DNA of 64,000 bases, taken from the NCBI GenBank assembly GCA_964016885.1, contig OZ024740.1, forward strand, positions 423,336,001-423,400,000, read 5' to 3'. Source of the stretch: Eledone cirrhosa (lineage: Eukaryota). The first letter of the stretch is position 1; every line of letters starts with the position of its first letter. Positions 31,707 through 43,644 of the stretch are shown here, one piece after another. The notes under the pieces were generated by a model that had not been told where the DNA came from, did not search any database, and saw only the letters and a program-made list of their open reading frames with translations. A program made the position numbers and the translations under genes.

Positions 31707-34700
31707 AATAATAATAATAATGATTTCATTTATTGGCCACAAGGGCCGACATATAGGGGACAACACAATAGACAGGGACAGTGGGGGTTTACATAGAGAT
31801 CGAGTAAGTATAAATAACAAAAAAACAAAATAACAATAAAAATACAACAATGAAAGTTCCCCAATAAGAGGGATCACCACCCAGGGTTGACTCAAGCACC
31901 CCACCAGTCCTGAGCCACCCGACGCTCCTAGGGCACCCGGGAAGGGCACCCCTCTCCTTCTCGAATTCACCAGCCTACAGGCGCATGATCAGAGTAGGCC
32001 CACTCACGCGGGCCATTCTCGCCACATTCACCCACCTTTCAGTAAATGTACTGGGGGGGGGGGGGGCAGCACTTCTCTCTCCACCCTCACCTTCCTTTCC
32101 AAGTGAAACTTGAAGAAGTTGATGAGGGATTGGCCGAAGAGAAAAGTGTCTGTCTTCAGTCCTTTCAACCTGGTCCACCATGCAACCTCTTTCTCTACTG
32201 CCACCAGGCAGAGGAAAATTGCCTGCCCTTCCTGACCAAAAGAAGGCGGCGGGTCAATCTTCACTATGGACTCGGACGATAGCCGGATCCGTTCTACACG
32301 CGACAATAGCTGTTCGACATAACCCCACAAGTCAGCAATGCACGGACACTGGAGGAGTGCGTGCAGAACGGTTTCGTCGCTCTGCGCGCATCTCGGGCAG
32401 GTTCGTCTGACAGCACTTCCGTGCCTGTAGAGTTTATCCCGAACCGGCAGCGCCCCCCGGTAGCACTGCCAAGCGAGGGATTTCTGGAAGTTATCCATCG
32501 TCCCCGGCTCGAAAGTCCTCCGGAACATACTGGTCAGTTCTACTTCGTTGACGCCTAGAACCTCTCCTAGTACGTCATCGTACTTGCCCTCCACTAATCC
32601 TCTATAGAAATCTTGAGTGGAAGTTCCACTGACCGCATTGCCCACCTTGCAGAGTGCAGTGAGCGCCTGGCAACATTCCAGATGCCAGTCGCCCAGTCTC
32701 GGTCTCTTCTTGACCCAGGACTGCAGCTCAGTCAAAGAGATGAGCTGCGGAAAGGCCCGTCTAACAAACGGCGACCACACCTGTTCACCGTTTAGGCAAA
32801 ATATCTGGAGATGTCGCAGCCTCAGCGCATGTCTGCGCATCATTAGCCACGGCATGCCCAGCCCTCCACGAAGAGGGTGCTGGCAGCAGATGGACCGCCT
32901 CACCAACGGGACCCGTCCCCTCCACAAAAATTTGAAAAGGAGCCGTTCCAAATTGGCGAGGCGTGGACGGGGGCAAGGCACGACGGTCAGGCGGTAGTAG
33001 ATGACGGACGCGATGTACGCGTTCGCCACCTCCGCCCGCCCTTTCAGTGATAGCTTTCTCTCAGCCCATTTCTGGGTGAGGTTGGCTATCCTGCTCGTCA
33101 CCTCGTCCCAATTCTTATCCACCTGGAGGTCTGGTCCGAACCAAACCCCGAGCAACTTTACCGGTCCGTCTGTCCAGCGCCCAACGACGCTGTTGGACGG
33201 CATGGACTTGCCTCTCCAGGTGCCGAGCTGCAAGCCCACCGACTTTTCCGGGTTAAGTTTTGCTCCCGTCAACCTTTCATATTCCTCCAAATGGGTGCGG
33301 ATCACCTCGATTTCCGAGGTGTCCGACACCATCACGGTGATGTCGTCCGCATAAGCGGACGCAGCCTTTCTGCGTCCCGGTTCGAGCGGGATGCCCTGCA
33401 ACAACTCCAGCTTCCGCAGTAGAGGCTCAAGAGTCAATACGTACAGAAGTGAGGAGAGAGGGCACCCTTGATGGACCGATCGAGAGATCTGAAACGGTTC
33501 CGAGAGGTGGCCATTAACTTTGACCACCGAGCAGATGCCGCTGTACATTGCAGCGATCCAGCTTCTGAAGACGGGGCCGAAGCCAGCCGCCTCGAGGACA
33601 GCCTCCAAGTACCGATGGTCGACCCTATCGAATGCTTTCGATTGATCTAAATTGATCAGAGCCCCACCGAAGCCAGGTTTGCACCCAACCCTCTCTATGA
33701 TGTATCGCATGAGGTGGAGGTTGTCGTGTATGGACCTGGTCGGGATTGCGCAAGTTTGCGCCTCCCCAACCAAATCTTTGACGACAAGCGCCAACCTTTT
33801 CGCTAACACCTTGGCCAAAATCTTAAACTCTGTGTTGAGCAGGGTTATGGGCCTGAAATTATCTAGTGTGTCCCTCTTGTTCTCGTCTTTCCTTATCAGC
33901 GTCACTACGCCACGGCTCACAGAACTGGGAATGCTCCCGTTCTGCTGCCAGTTGCAGTAGAGCGCTTCGAGGAGATCGGAGAACAAGTCTGGCATATTTA
34001 CGTAAAGCTCGTAGGGTAGACCATCCAAACCGGGTGACTTGCGACTCGAGCAGCCGACAAGGGCGTCCTGAATTTCGACTGATGTTATCGGCTCTTCGCA
34101 GCGCTCAGCGTCGGCCGTCGAGAGGCGTGGCAAGCCGTCGAGGTAGGGACTGAAGTCCGCCGCCGTCTCCGACTCACCCATCCTCCCGAACAATCGAGCA
34201 AAGTGCTGGCGAAAGGCCTCACACATCTGCTTGGAATCGCTCAGTTCGTGTCCATCTCGATACGTCAAAGACCGAATCGTGGTTTTATTTCCACGCTGCG
34301 TCTCTGCAAAGCGAGCCCATCGGGCAGCTTTGGTTCCCTCGTTCCTCAGAGCACGCGCCTTAGCTCTGACAATGCAACCTTCGTGTTTCGCATTGAAGAA
34401 ATGGTCTAGTGCCATTCTCGCCGCTAGCACGTCTGTTGCAATGCCACTACAAATAGCCTCGTCTAACTTAGCTATCAGCCCCTCCTCCTTTCTATTTTTC
34501 TCTATTGCTACTTCTTTGCTAAATCCTATCGAGGTTGCTCTAATCTCTCTTTTGAGAGCACCCCACCACCTGTTGTTGACAACCCCCCTGTCAACTTTTG
34601 CTTAACTAAGTTGTTGACCCGGTCCCTGTAAGCTTTACGTGCCGGAAACGACATGTTTAGCTTCCAGTAGCTAGGTCCTAACCTACGTGTCTTATCTAGG

Positions 34701-37541
34701 TCGACCATACAGATCACAAGCTTGTGATCTGAATAGGCAACCGTTTTAAAATGTGGACATCCTACACTATATCTCTTTTCCAAATGAAAATCATATCTAT
34801 GTACGATCTAGATGACCCTATGCGATTGGTCCAGGTCCATACTGGCGCATTAGAGAAATCTAGTCGGTACCTGTCAGACAGTTGAAACTGGCTGATCAGG
34901 TACTTGAGGCTTTTGCACCCCCCGCTCCTATCAGATACTCCCACACAATCCCAGCGTGCTTCTAAGATGCCATTCCAATCCCCTATTAACAGTAAAGGGC
35001 GAGACGTAAGCAGAAAGTTTTCCAGGCGCCTAAAGAAGTCCGGCCGACCGGCCCCAGTAGGGGCGTAGACGGCCACCAGTCTAAAGGCACCACCTTCGCT
35101 ATTGCTCACGTCCAGGACCACCAACTTTCCGTCAGGATCCCGGAAGATTGACCTTACCTCGAGATCCAGACATTTCCTAAACAGCACAGCCACTCCACCT
35201 CCCATTCCCGGCCGACTAACAGATGCAAAGATCTGATAATCGTCGAAAATCGGCGCCAGTGCGCGTGTGTCGGAAATTCTGGTCTCGCTGATGGCAATTA
35301 CATCCATTCCTAGTGACCTGAGGTCGTTGAGCAAGTGACCTTGCTTCCAGGGCGACCCCAGGCCACGAACATTTAAACTTCCTACTCTTATGGCCATGCT
35401 GGCAGGATGAATGGGAGAGGAAAGGTTTACTTACCTTCCGGGGTCTTGTGAAGGTCGGGTGGTTCGACCTCCATGGTTTGTGGGGTTTCTTTTGGGAACC
35501 CCTTTAATAGTCTTGACGTGGGTTTTACGTTCGGGGTTCCCACATCCCGAGGAAAGCTCTTTCGAATTTCTTTGTATGAAGCGAGCGACATTCGCATCAG
35601 AAGCAAATTATCTGGTACGCGAAATGTGCTCGCTTCAAATGTTTCCCCCTCTTTTTCGATGTTTGTGCTTCGTGCTACATGGGCCATCAATTCCTTGTTG
35701 GCCCTTCTGGCAAGCACGAAGTTTTTAATGTTTTGTTGCTCGGGTTTTATTTGTTCGTGTGATTGTGGTGGTGATAGCTTTGTTAGTGTTGTTTCTATTG
35801 TGTCTGCGTTTGTTGTGGGTGGGGTGTCTGTAGTTTCTGATGTTTGTGTGTCTATTTGTTCTTGTGTCTGTTTAGCTTGTTTGCGTTTGGGGGATTTTGG
35901 TGGTTGTGTTGGTGATGCTGTGGGGAAAATGTTTGTGTGGGTGGTGTGTGTATTTTTTTTTGTGGGGGTGTTTGTGCTTTGTGGATTTCTTTTTTTTTTG
36001 TGTTTTGTTTTTTGTATTTTGGGGGACTTTGGTTTTCCCTCATCTTCACTGCTGGAGGATGAGGGGTCTGTGGCTGTGAGCGTGTTTGTATCTGAGTGAG
36101 TGTTTATGTTCTTGTTCGTGTGTGTATTTTGGGGGGGGAGGGGGAATGGGAGAGCTTTCCTCGTTTCCCCCCTGGGTGTGCAATTTTGGTGGTTCCATTG
36201 TTGACGGTGTTGCTGGTGGTCCTTGTCCCGGCGTCGCCAGCAGTGGAATCTTTCGACCCCTTGCGCTTTTCGGCAGTTGAGGGCAGAAGGCTCGCAAGTG
36301 TGTCGTTTCCCCACAAAGGAAACAATGCGGCCTTTTCCCCTCAGTCATTATATGCAACACCCTCCCGTTTTGGAGGCGGATGTGGTCCGGGATTGCTTTT
36401 ACGTTTTCGGGTCTGATTTGGAGCAGTATCTCCAGATCAACCCCGGACCAGTCGTCCCTGGCAGTTCTCGTTGCCTCTACCGGGACTGTATCCGTTCCTT
36501 CCACGATTACGCAACCCAGGAGCCAACACATATCAAGTCCTGGTGGAATCCTGGGAATGCGCACACGTGCTATTCGTTTTCCCATGTGGGAGGGGTACAT
36601 TATAACCTTGCTGGTTTTGCAAGGGGTCATTGAATGCTTCACAGCGAGGGCTTCAGACTTGAACAGCACCGAAACGGTGCCGTATTGCCTGCCCCTCTCT
36701 ATGAAGTCTGTGTCCTCTCTGATGTATTTCAGTGCGGCTTCTATATCAGCTTGGGCGATTAGGGCTGCCCTCTTTGTCTCTACTGAGATGCATCTGAAAT
36801 GCACCGTTCTTTTTTCCACTGCCTCAATGGCTTCTGCCGGGACAGTTAAGTTTGCCCAGGTCTGCTCTTGATTTATGATTTTCCAGGCCTGGGCCAACTT
36901 TTCCTCTCTGTTGGTTAAGTCGATGCTGTAGCATGGTCTCCTTTTAGCCGCTGCCACAGCAGCGAAGGTGTTCCTGTTGGTGTTGTCACTGTTGTTGTTC
37001 TTGTTGGTGTTGCTGCTGCTATTGCTGTTGTTGTTCTCCCCTGTGTTGTGGTTACCCTCTGTGCTGTTGGCCTTGTTGGTGCTGTTGCTGTCGCTACTAT
37101 TACTCTCTGTGCTGTTCGTTTTGTTGGTGCTCTCGCTATTACCACCTTCTGCGCTGTTCGGCTTGTTGGTGTTGTCGCTGTTACCACCTTCCGCGCCGCT
37201 CGGCCCGTTGGTGCTGGCACTGTCGCTGCTCACATTCGTGCTGGTGGCGCTCCTCGCCTCACCTCTCCTCTCAACGCTCAAGTCGCCGTTGCACGACAGC
37301 AGACCCGCCTCTAGGGGGCGTGGCTCCGCCATGTTTTTTTGAGAAAAAAATTATTTTTTTTCAAAATAAAGTTCAAATATTTGGGCCAAAAGGCCCAAAT
37401 ATTATGAGTTATTCCTTCACAGGATACAAATTAATGTCTTATAATGCTTCAGCGGTACAAAAAAATAAACAATTCTCCACAATTAATCCTCAAAAAATTG
37501 CTTACTCACGGAGCTTCAAAAAACGTACATCCACTTTCGTC
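31707..37541 (-). mobile_element. LINE B2 (both ORFs frameshifted)
   Basis: ORF2 31975-35397 in four pieces; ORF1 35427-37332 in two pieces. Confidence 0.95.
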
Positions 37542-37809
37542 AATAATAATAATAATGATTTCATTTATTGGCCACAAGGGCCGACATATAGGGGACAACA
37601 CAATAGACAGGGACAGTGGGGGTTTACATAGAGATCGAGTAAGTATAAATAACAAAAAAACAAAATAACAATAAAAATACAACAATGAAAGTTCCCCAAT
37701 AAGAGGGATCACCACCCAGGGTTGACTCAAGCACCCCACCAGTCCTGAGCCACCCGACGCTCCTAGGGCACCCGGGAAGGGCACTCCTCTCCTTCTCGAA
37801 TTCACCAGC

Positions 37810-40800
37810 CTACAGGCGCATGATCAGAGTAGGCCCACTCACGCGGGCCATTCTCGCCACATTCACCCACCTTTCACTAAATGTACTGGGGGGCAGCACT
37901 TCTCTCTCCACCCTCACCTTCCTTTCCAAATGAAACTTGAAGAAGTTGATGAGGGATTGGCCGAAGAGAAAAGTGTCTGTCTTCAGTCCTTTTAACCTGG
38001 TCCACCATGCAACCTCTTTCTCTACTGCCACCAGGCAGAGGAAAATTGCCTGCCCTTCCTGACCAAAAGAAGGCGGCGGGTCAATCTTCACTATGGACTC
38101 GGACGATAGCCGGATCCGTTCTACACGCGACAATAGCTGTTCGACATAACCCCACAAGTCAGCAATGCACGGACACTGGAGGAGTGCGTGCAGAACGGTT
38201 TCGTCGCTCTGCGCGCATCTCGGGCAGGTTCGTCTGACAGCACTTCCGTGCCTGTAGAGTTTATCCCGAACCGGCAGCGCCCCCCGGTAGCACTGCCAAG
38301 CGAGGGATTTCTGGAAGTTATCCATCGTCCCCGGCTCGAAAGTCCTCCGGAACATACTGGTCAGTTCTACTTCGTTGACGCCTAGAACCTCTCCTAGTAC
38401 GTCATCGTACTTGCCCTCCACTAATCCTCTATAGAAATCTTGAGTGGAAGTTCCACTGACCGCATTGCCCACCTTGCAGAGTGCAGTGAGCGCCTGGCAA
38501 CATTCCAGATGCCAGTCGCCCAGTCTCGGTCTCTTCTTGACCCAGGACTGCAGCTCAGTCAAAGAGATGAGCTGCGGAAAGGCCCGTCTAACAAACGGCG
38601 ACCACACCTGTTCACCGTTTAGGCAAAATATCTGGAGATGTCGCAGCCTCAGCGCATGTCTGCGCATCATTAGCCACGGCATGCCCAGCCCTCCACGAAG
38701 AGGGTGCTGGCAGCAGATGGACCGCCTCACCAACGGGACCCGTCCCCTCCACAAAAATTTGAAAAGGAGCCGTTCCAAATTGGCGAGGCGTGGACGGGGG
38801 CAAGGCACGACGGTCAGGCGGTAGTAGATGACGGACGCGATGTACGCGTTCGCCACCTCCGCCCGCCCTTTCAGTGATAGCTTTCTCTCAGCCCATTTCT
38901 GGGTGAGGTTGGCTATCCTGCTCGTCACCTCGTCCCAATTCTTATCCACCTGGAGGTCTGGTCCGAACCAAACCCCGAGCAACTTTACCGGTCCGTCTGT
39001 CCAGCGCCCAACGACGCTGTTGGACGGCATGGACTTGCCTCTCCAGGTGCCGAGCTGCAAGCCCACCGACTTTTCCGGGTTAAGTTTTGCTCCCGTCAAC
39101 CTTTCATATTCCTCCAAATGGGTGCGGATCACCTCGATTTCCGAGGTGTCCGACACCATCACGGTGATGTCGTCCGCATAAGCGGACGCAGCCTTTCTGC
39201 GTCCCGGTTCGAGCGGGATGCCCTGCAACAACTCCAGCTTCCGCAGTAGAGGCTCAAGAGTCAATACGTACAGAAGTGAGGAGAGAGGGCACCCTTGACG
39301 GACCGATCGAGAGATCTGAAACGGTTCCGAGAGGTGGCCATTAACTTTGACCACCGAGCAGATGCCGCTGTACATTGCAGCGATCCAGCTTCTGAAGACG
39401 GGGCCGAAGCCAGCCGCCTCGAGGAGAGCCTCCAAGTACCGATGGTCGACCCTATCGAATGCTTTCGATTGATCTAAATTGATCAGAGCCCCACCGAAGC
39501 CAGGTTTGCACCCAACCCTCTCTATGATGTATCGCATGAGGTGGAGGTTGTCGTGTATGGACCTGGTCGGGATTGCGCAAGTTTGCGCCTCCCCCACCAA
39601 ATCTTTGACGACAAGCGCCAACCTTTTCGCTAACACCTTGGCCAAAATCTTAAACTCTGTGTTGAGCAGGGTTATGGGCCTGAAATTATCTAGTGTGTCC
39701 CTCTTGTTCTCGTCTTTCCTTATCAGCGTCACTACGCCACGGCTCACAGAACTGGGAATGCTCCCGTTCTGCTGCCAGTTGCAGTAGAGCGCTTCGAGGA
39801 GATCGGAGAACAAGTCTGGCATATTTACGTAAAGCTCGTAGGGCAGACCATCCAAACCGGGTGACTTGCGACTCGAGCAGCCGACAAGGGCGTCCTGAAT
39901 TTCGACTGATGTTATCGGCTCTTCGCAGCGCTCAGCGTCGGCCGTCGAGAGGCGTGGCAAGCCGTCGAGGTAGGGACTGAAGTCCGCCGCCGTCTCCGAC
40001 TCACCCATCCTCCCGAACAATCGAGCAAAGTGCTGGCGAAAGGCCTCACACATCTGCTTGGAATCGCTCAGCTCGTGTCCATCTCGATCCGTCAAAGACC
40101 GAATTGTGGTTTTGTTTCCACGCTGCCTCTCTGCAAAGCGAGCCCATCGGGCAGCTTTGGTTCCCTCGTTCCCCAGAGCACGCGCCTTAGCTCTGACAAT
40201 GCAACCTTCGTGTTCCGCATTGAAGAAATGGTCTAGTGCCATTCTCGCCGCTAGCACGTCTGTTGCAATGCCACTACAAATAGCCTCGTCTAACTTAGCT
40301 ATCAGCCCCTCCTCCTTTCTATTTTTCTCTATTGCTACTTCTTTGCTAAATCCTATCGAGGTTGCTCTAATCTCTCTTTTGAGAGCCCCCCACCACCTGT
40401 TGTTGACAACCCCCCCTGTCAACTTTTGCTTAACTAAGTTGTTGACCCGGTCCCTGTAAGCTTTACGTGCCGGAAACGACATGTTTAGCTTCCAGTAGCT
40501 AGGTCCTAACCTACGTGTCTTATCTAGGTCGACCATACAGATCACAAGCTTGTGATCTGAATAGGCAACCGTTTTAAAATGTGGACATCCTACACTATTT
40601 CTATCTCTTTTCCTAATGAAAATCCTATCTATGTACGATCTAGATGACCCTATGCGATTGGTCCAGGTCCATACTGGCGCATTAGAGAAATCTAGTCGGT
40701 ACCTGTCAGACAGTTGAAACTGGCTGATCAGGTACTTGAGGCTTTTGCACCCCCCGCTCCTATCAGATACTCCCACACAATCCCAGCGTGCTTCTAAGAT

Positions 40801-41229
40801 GCCATTCCAATCCCCTATTAACAGTAAAGGGCGAGACGTAAGCAGAAAGTTTTCCAGGCGCCTAAAGAAGTCCGGCCGACCGGCCCCAGTAGGGGCGTAG
40901 ACGGCCACCAGTCTAAAGGCACCACCTTCGCTATTGCTCACGTCCAGGACCACCAACTTTCCGTCAGGATCCCGGAAGATTGACCTTACCTCGAGATCCA
41001 GACATTTCCTAAACAGCACAGCCACTCCACCTCCCATTCCCGGCCGACTAACAGATGCAAAGATCTGATAATCGTCGAAAATCGGCGCCAGTGCGCGTGT
41101 GTCGGAAATTCTGGTCTCGCTGATGGCAATTACATCCATTCCTAGTGACCTGAGGTCGTTGAGCAAGTGACCTTGCTTCCAGGGCGACCCCAGGCCACGA
41201 ACATTTAAACTTCCTACTCTTATGGCCAT
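37810..41229 (-). CDS. ORF2p (APE endonuclease and RT), 1139 aa
   Basis: LNVRG, GDWN, YID, SDH; KSPGLDGL, DQSKAFD, QGCPLS, YADD; CPRC..ET..H..C. Confidence 0.97.
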   Translation of the reverse strand: MAIRVGSLNVRGLGSPWKQGHLLNDLRSLGMDVIAISETRISDTRALAPIFDDYQIFASVSRPGMGGGVAVLFRKCLDLEVRSIFRDPDGKLVVLDVSNSEGGAFRLVAVYAPTGAGRPDFFRRLENFLLTSRPLLLIGDWNGILEARWDCVGVSDRSGGCKSLKYLISQFQLSDRYRLDFSNAPVWTWTNRIGSSRSYIDRIFIRKRDRNSVGCPHFKTVAYSDHKLVICMVDLDKTRRLGPSYWKLNMSFPARKAYRDRVNNLVKQKLTGGVVNNRWWGALKREIRATSIGFSKEVAIEKNRKEEGLIAKLDEAICSGIATDVLAARMALDHFFNAEHEGCIVRAKARALGNEGTKAARWARFAERQRGNKTTIRSLTDRDGHELSDSKQMCEAFRQHFARLFGRMGESETAADFSPYLDGLPRLSTADAERCEEPITSVEIQDALVGCSSRKSPGLDGLPYELYVNMPDLFSDLLEALYCNWQQNGSIPSSVSRGVVTLIRKDENKRDTLDNFRPITLLNTEFKILAKVLAKRLALVVKDLVGEAQTCAIPTRSIHDNLHLMRYIIERVGCKPGFGGALINLDQSKAFDRVDHRYLEALLEAAGFGPVFRSWIAAMYSGICSVVKVNGHLSEPFQISRSVRQGCPLSSLLYVLTLEPLLRKLELLQGIPLEPGRRKAASAYADDITVMVSDTSEIEVIRTHLEEYERLTGAKLNPEKSVGLQLGTWRGKSMPSNSVVGRWTDGPVKLLGVWFGPDLQVDKNWDEVTSRIANLTQKWAERKLSLKGRAEVANAYIASVIYYRLTVVPCPRPRLANLERLLFKFLWRGRVPLVRRSICCQHPLRGGLGMPWLMMRRHALRLRHLQIFCLNGEQVWSPFVRRAFPQLISLTELQSWVKKRPRLGDWHLECCQALTALCKVGNAVSGTSTQDFYRGLVEGKYDDVLGEVLGVNEVELTSMFRRTFEPGTMDNFQKSLAWQCYRGALPVRDKLYRHGSAVRRTCPRCAQSDETVLHALLQCPCIADLWGYVEQLLSRVERIRLSSESIVKIDPPPSFGQEGQAIFLCLVAVEKEVAWWTRLKGLKTDTFLFGQSLINFFKFHLERKVRVEREVLPPSTFSERWVNVARMARVSGPTLIMRL

Positions 41230-41258
41230 GCTGGCAGGATGAATGGGAGAGGAAAGGT

Positions 41259-43164
41259 TTACTTACCTTCCGGGGTCTTGTGAAGGTCGGGTGGTTCGAC
41301 CTCCATGGTTTGTGGGGTTTCTTTTGGGAACCCCTTTAATAGTCTTGACGTGGGTTTTACGTTCGGGGTTCCCACATCCCGAGGAAAGCTCTTTCGAATT
41401 TCTTTGTATGAAGCGAGCGACATTCGCATCAGAAGCAAATTATCTGGTACGCGAAATGTGCTCGCTTCAAATGTTTCCCCCTCTTTTTCGATGTTTGTGC
41501 TTCGTGCTACATGGGCCATCAATTCCTTGTTGGCCCTTCTGGCAAGCACGAAGTTTTTAATGTTTTGTTGCTCGGGTTTTATTTGTTCGTGTGATTGTGG
41601 TGGTGATAGCTTTGTTAGTGTTGTTTCTATTGTGTCTGCGTTTGTTGTGGGTGGGGTGTCTGTAGTTTCTGATGTTTGTGTGTCTATTTGTTCTTGTGTC
41701 TGTTTAGCTTGTTTGCGTTTGGGGGATTTTGGTGGTTGTGTTGGTGATGCTGTGGGGAAAATGTTTGTGTGGGTGGTGTGTGTATTTTTTTTTGTGGGGG
41801 TGTTTGTGCTTTGTGGATTTCTTTTTTTTTTGTGTTTTGTTTTTTGTATTTTGGGGGACTTTGGTTTTCCCTCATCTTCACTGCTGGAGGATGAGGGGTC
41901 TGTGGCTGTGAGCGTGTTTGTATCTGAGTGAGTGTTTATGTTCTTGTTCGTGTGTGTATTTTGGGGGGGGAGGGGGAATGGGAGAGCTTTCCTCGTTTCC
42001 CCCCTGGGTGTGCAATTTTGGTGGTTCCATTGTTGACGGTGTTGCTGGTGGTCCTTGTCCCGGCGTCGCCAGCAGTGGAATCTTTCGACCCCTTGCGCTT
42101 TTCGGCAGTTGAGGGCAGAAGGCTCGCAAGTGTGTCGTTTCCCCACAAAGGAAACAATGCGGCCTTTTCCCCTCAGTCATTATATGCAACACCCTCCCGT
42201 TTTGGAGGCGGATGTGGTCCGGGATTGCTTTTACGTTTTCGGGTCTGATTTGGAGCAGTATCTCCAGATCAACCCCGGACCAGTCGTCCCTGGCAGTTCT
42301 CGTTGCCTCTACCGGGACTGTATCCGTTCCTTCCACGATTACGCAACCCAGGAGCCACCACATATCAAGTCCTGGTGGAATCCTGGGAATGCGCACACGT
42401 GCTATTCGTTTTCCCATGTGGGAGGGGTACATTATAACCTTGCTGGTTTTGCAAGGGGTCATTGAATGCTTCACAGCGAGGGCTTCAGACTTGAACAGCA
42501 CCGAAACGGTGCCGTATTGCCTGCCCCTCTCTATGAAGTCTGTGTCCTCTCTGATGTATTTCAGTGCGGCTTCTATGTCAGCTTGGGCGATTATCGCTGC
42601 CCTCTTTGTCTCTACTGAGATGCATCTGAAATGCACCGTTCTTTTTTCCACTGCCTCAATGGCTTCTGCCGGGACAGTTAAGTTTGCCCAGGTCTGCTCT
42701 TGATTTATGATTTTCCAGGCCTGGGCCAACTTTTCCTCTCTGTTGGTTAAGTCGATGCTGTAGCATGGTCTCCTTTTAGCCGCTGCCACAGCAGCGAAGG
42801 TGTTCCTGTTGGTGTTGTCACTGTTGTTGTTCTTGTTGGTGTTGCTGCTGCTATTGCTGTTGTTGTTCTCCCCTGTGTCGTGGTTACCCTCTGTGCTGTT
42901 GGCCTTGTTGGTGCTGTTGCTGTCGCTACTATTACTCTCTGTGCTGTTCGTTTTGTTGGTGCTCTCGCTATTACCACCTTCTGCGCTGTTCGGCTTGTTG
43001 GTGTTGTCGCTGTTACCACCTTCCGCGCCGCTCGGCCCGTTGGTGCTGGCACTGTCGCTGCTCACATTCGTGCTGGTGGCGCTCCTCGCCTCACCTCTCC
43101 TCTCAACGCTCAAGTCGCCGTTGCACGACAGCAGACCCGCCTCTAGGGGGCGTGGCTCCGCCAT
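41259..43164 (-). pseudogene. B3 ORF1 with a +1 frameshift in a C-run
   Basis: Two overlapping frames together reconstitute the B4-type ORF1. Confidence 0.85.
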
Positions 43165-43644
43165 GTTTTTTTGAGAAAAAAATTATTATTTTTTTTCAAA
43201 ATAAAGTTCAAATATTTGGGCCAAAAGGCCCAAATATTATGAGTTATTCCTTCACAGGATACAAATTAATGTCTTATAATGCTTCAGCGGTACAAAAAAA
43301 TAAACAATTCTCTACAATTAATCCTCAAAAAATTGCTTACTCACGGAGCTTCAAAAAACGTACATCCACTTTCGTCAATAATAATAATAATGATTTCATT
43401 TATTGGCCACAAGGGCCGACATATAGGGGACAACACAATAGACAGGGACAGTGGGGGTTTACATAGAGATCGAGTAAGTATAAATAACAAAAAAACAAAA
43501 TAACAATAAAAATACAACAATGAAAGTTCCCCAATAAGAGGGATCACCACCCAGGGTTGACTCAAGCACCCCACCAGTCCTGAGCCACCCGACGCTCCTA
43601 GGGCACCCGGGAAGGGCACTCCTCTCCTTCTCGAATTCACCAGC

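Larger units (their letters stand above)
37542..43376 (-). mobile_element. LINE B3 (ORF2 intact, ORF1 frameshifted)
   Basis: ORF2 37810..41229; ORF1 split into 41878..43164 and 41259..42146. Confidence 0.96.

Noticed and set aside
29570-31796. Plus-strand hydrophobic L/V-rich ORFs (and equivalents in every element) as antisense membrane proteins
   Set aside because: Shadows of the AC-rich low-complexity ORF1 strand; they recur only because the units are near-identical, and their ends shift with homopolymer indels.
31671-31970. 99-aa ORF crossing the unit junction as a third gene
   Set aside because: Non-ATG start, low-complexity 3' UTR sequence, broken in B6 and B7, and no counterpart in family A.
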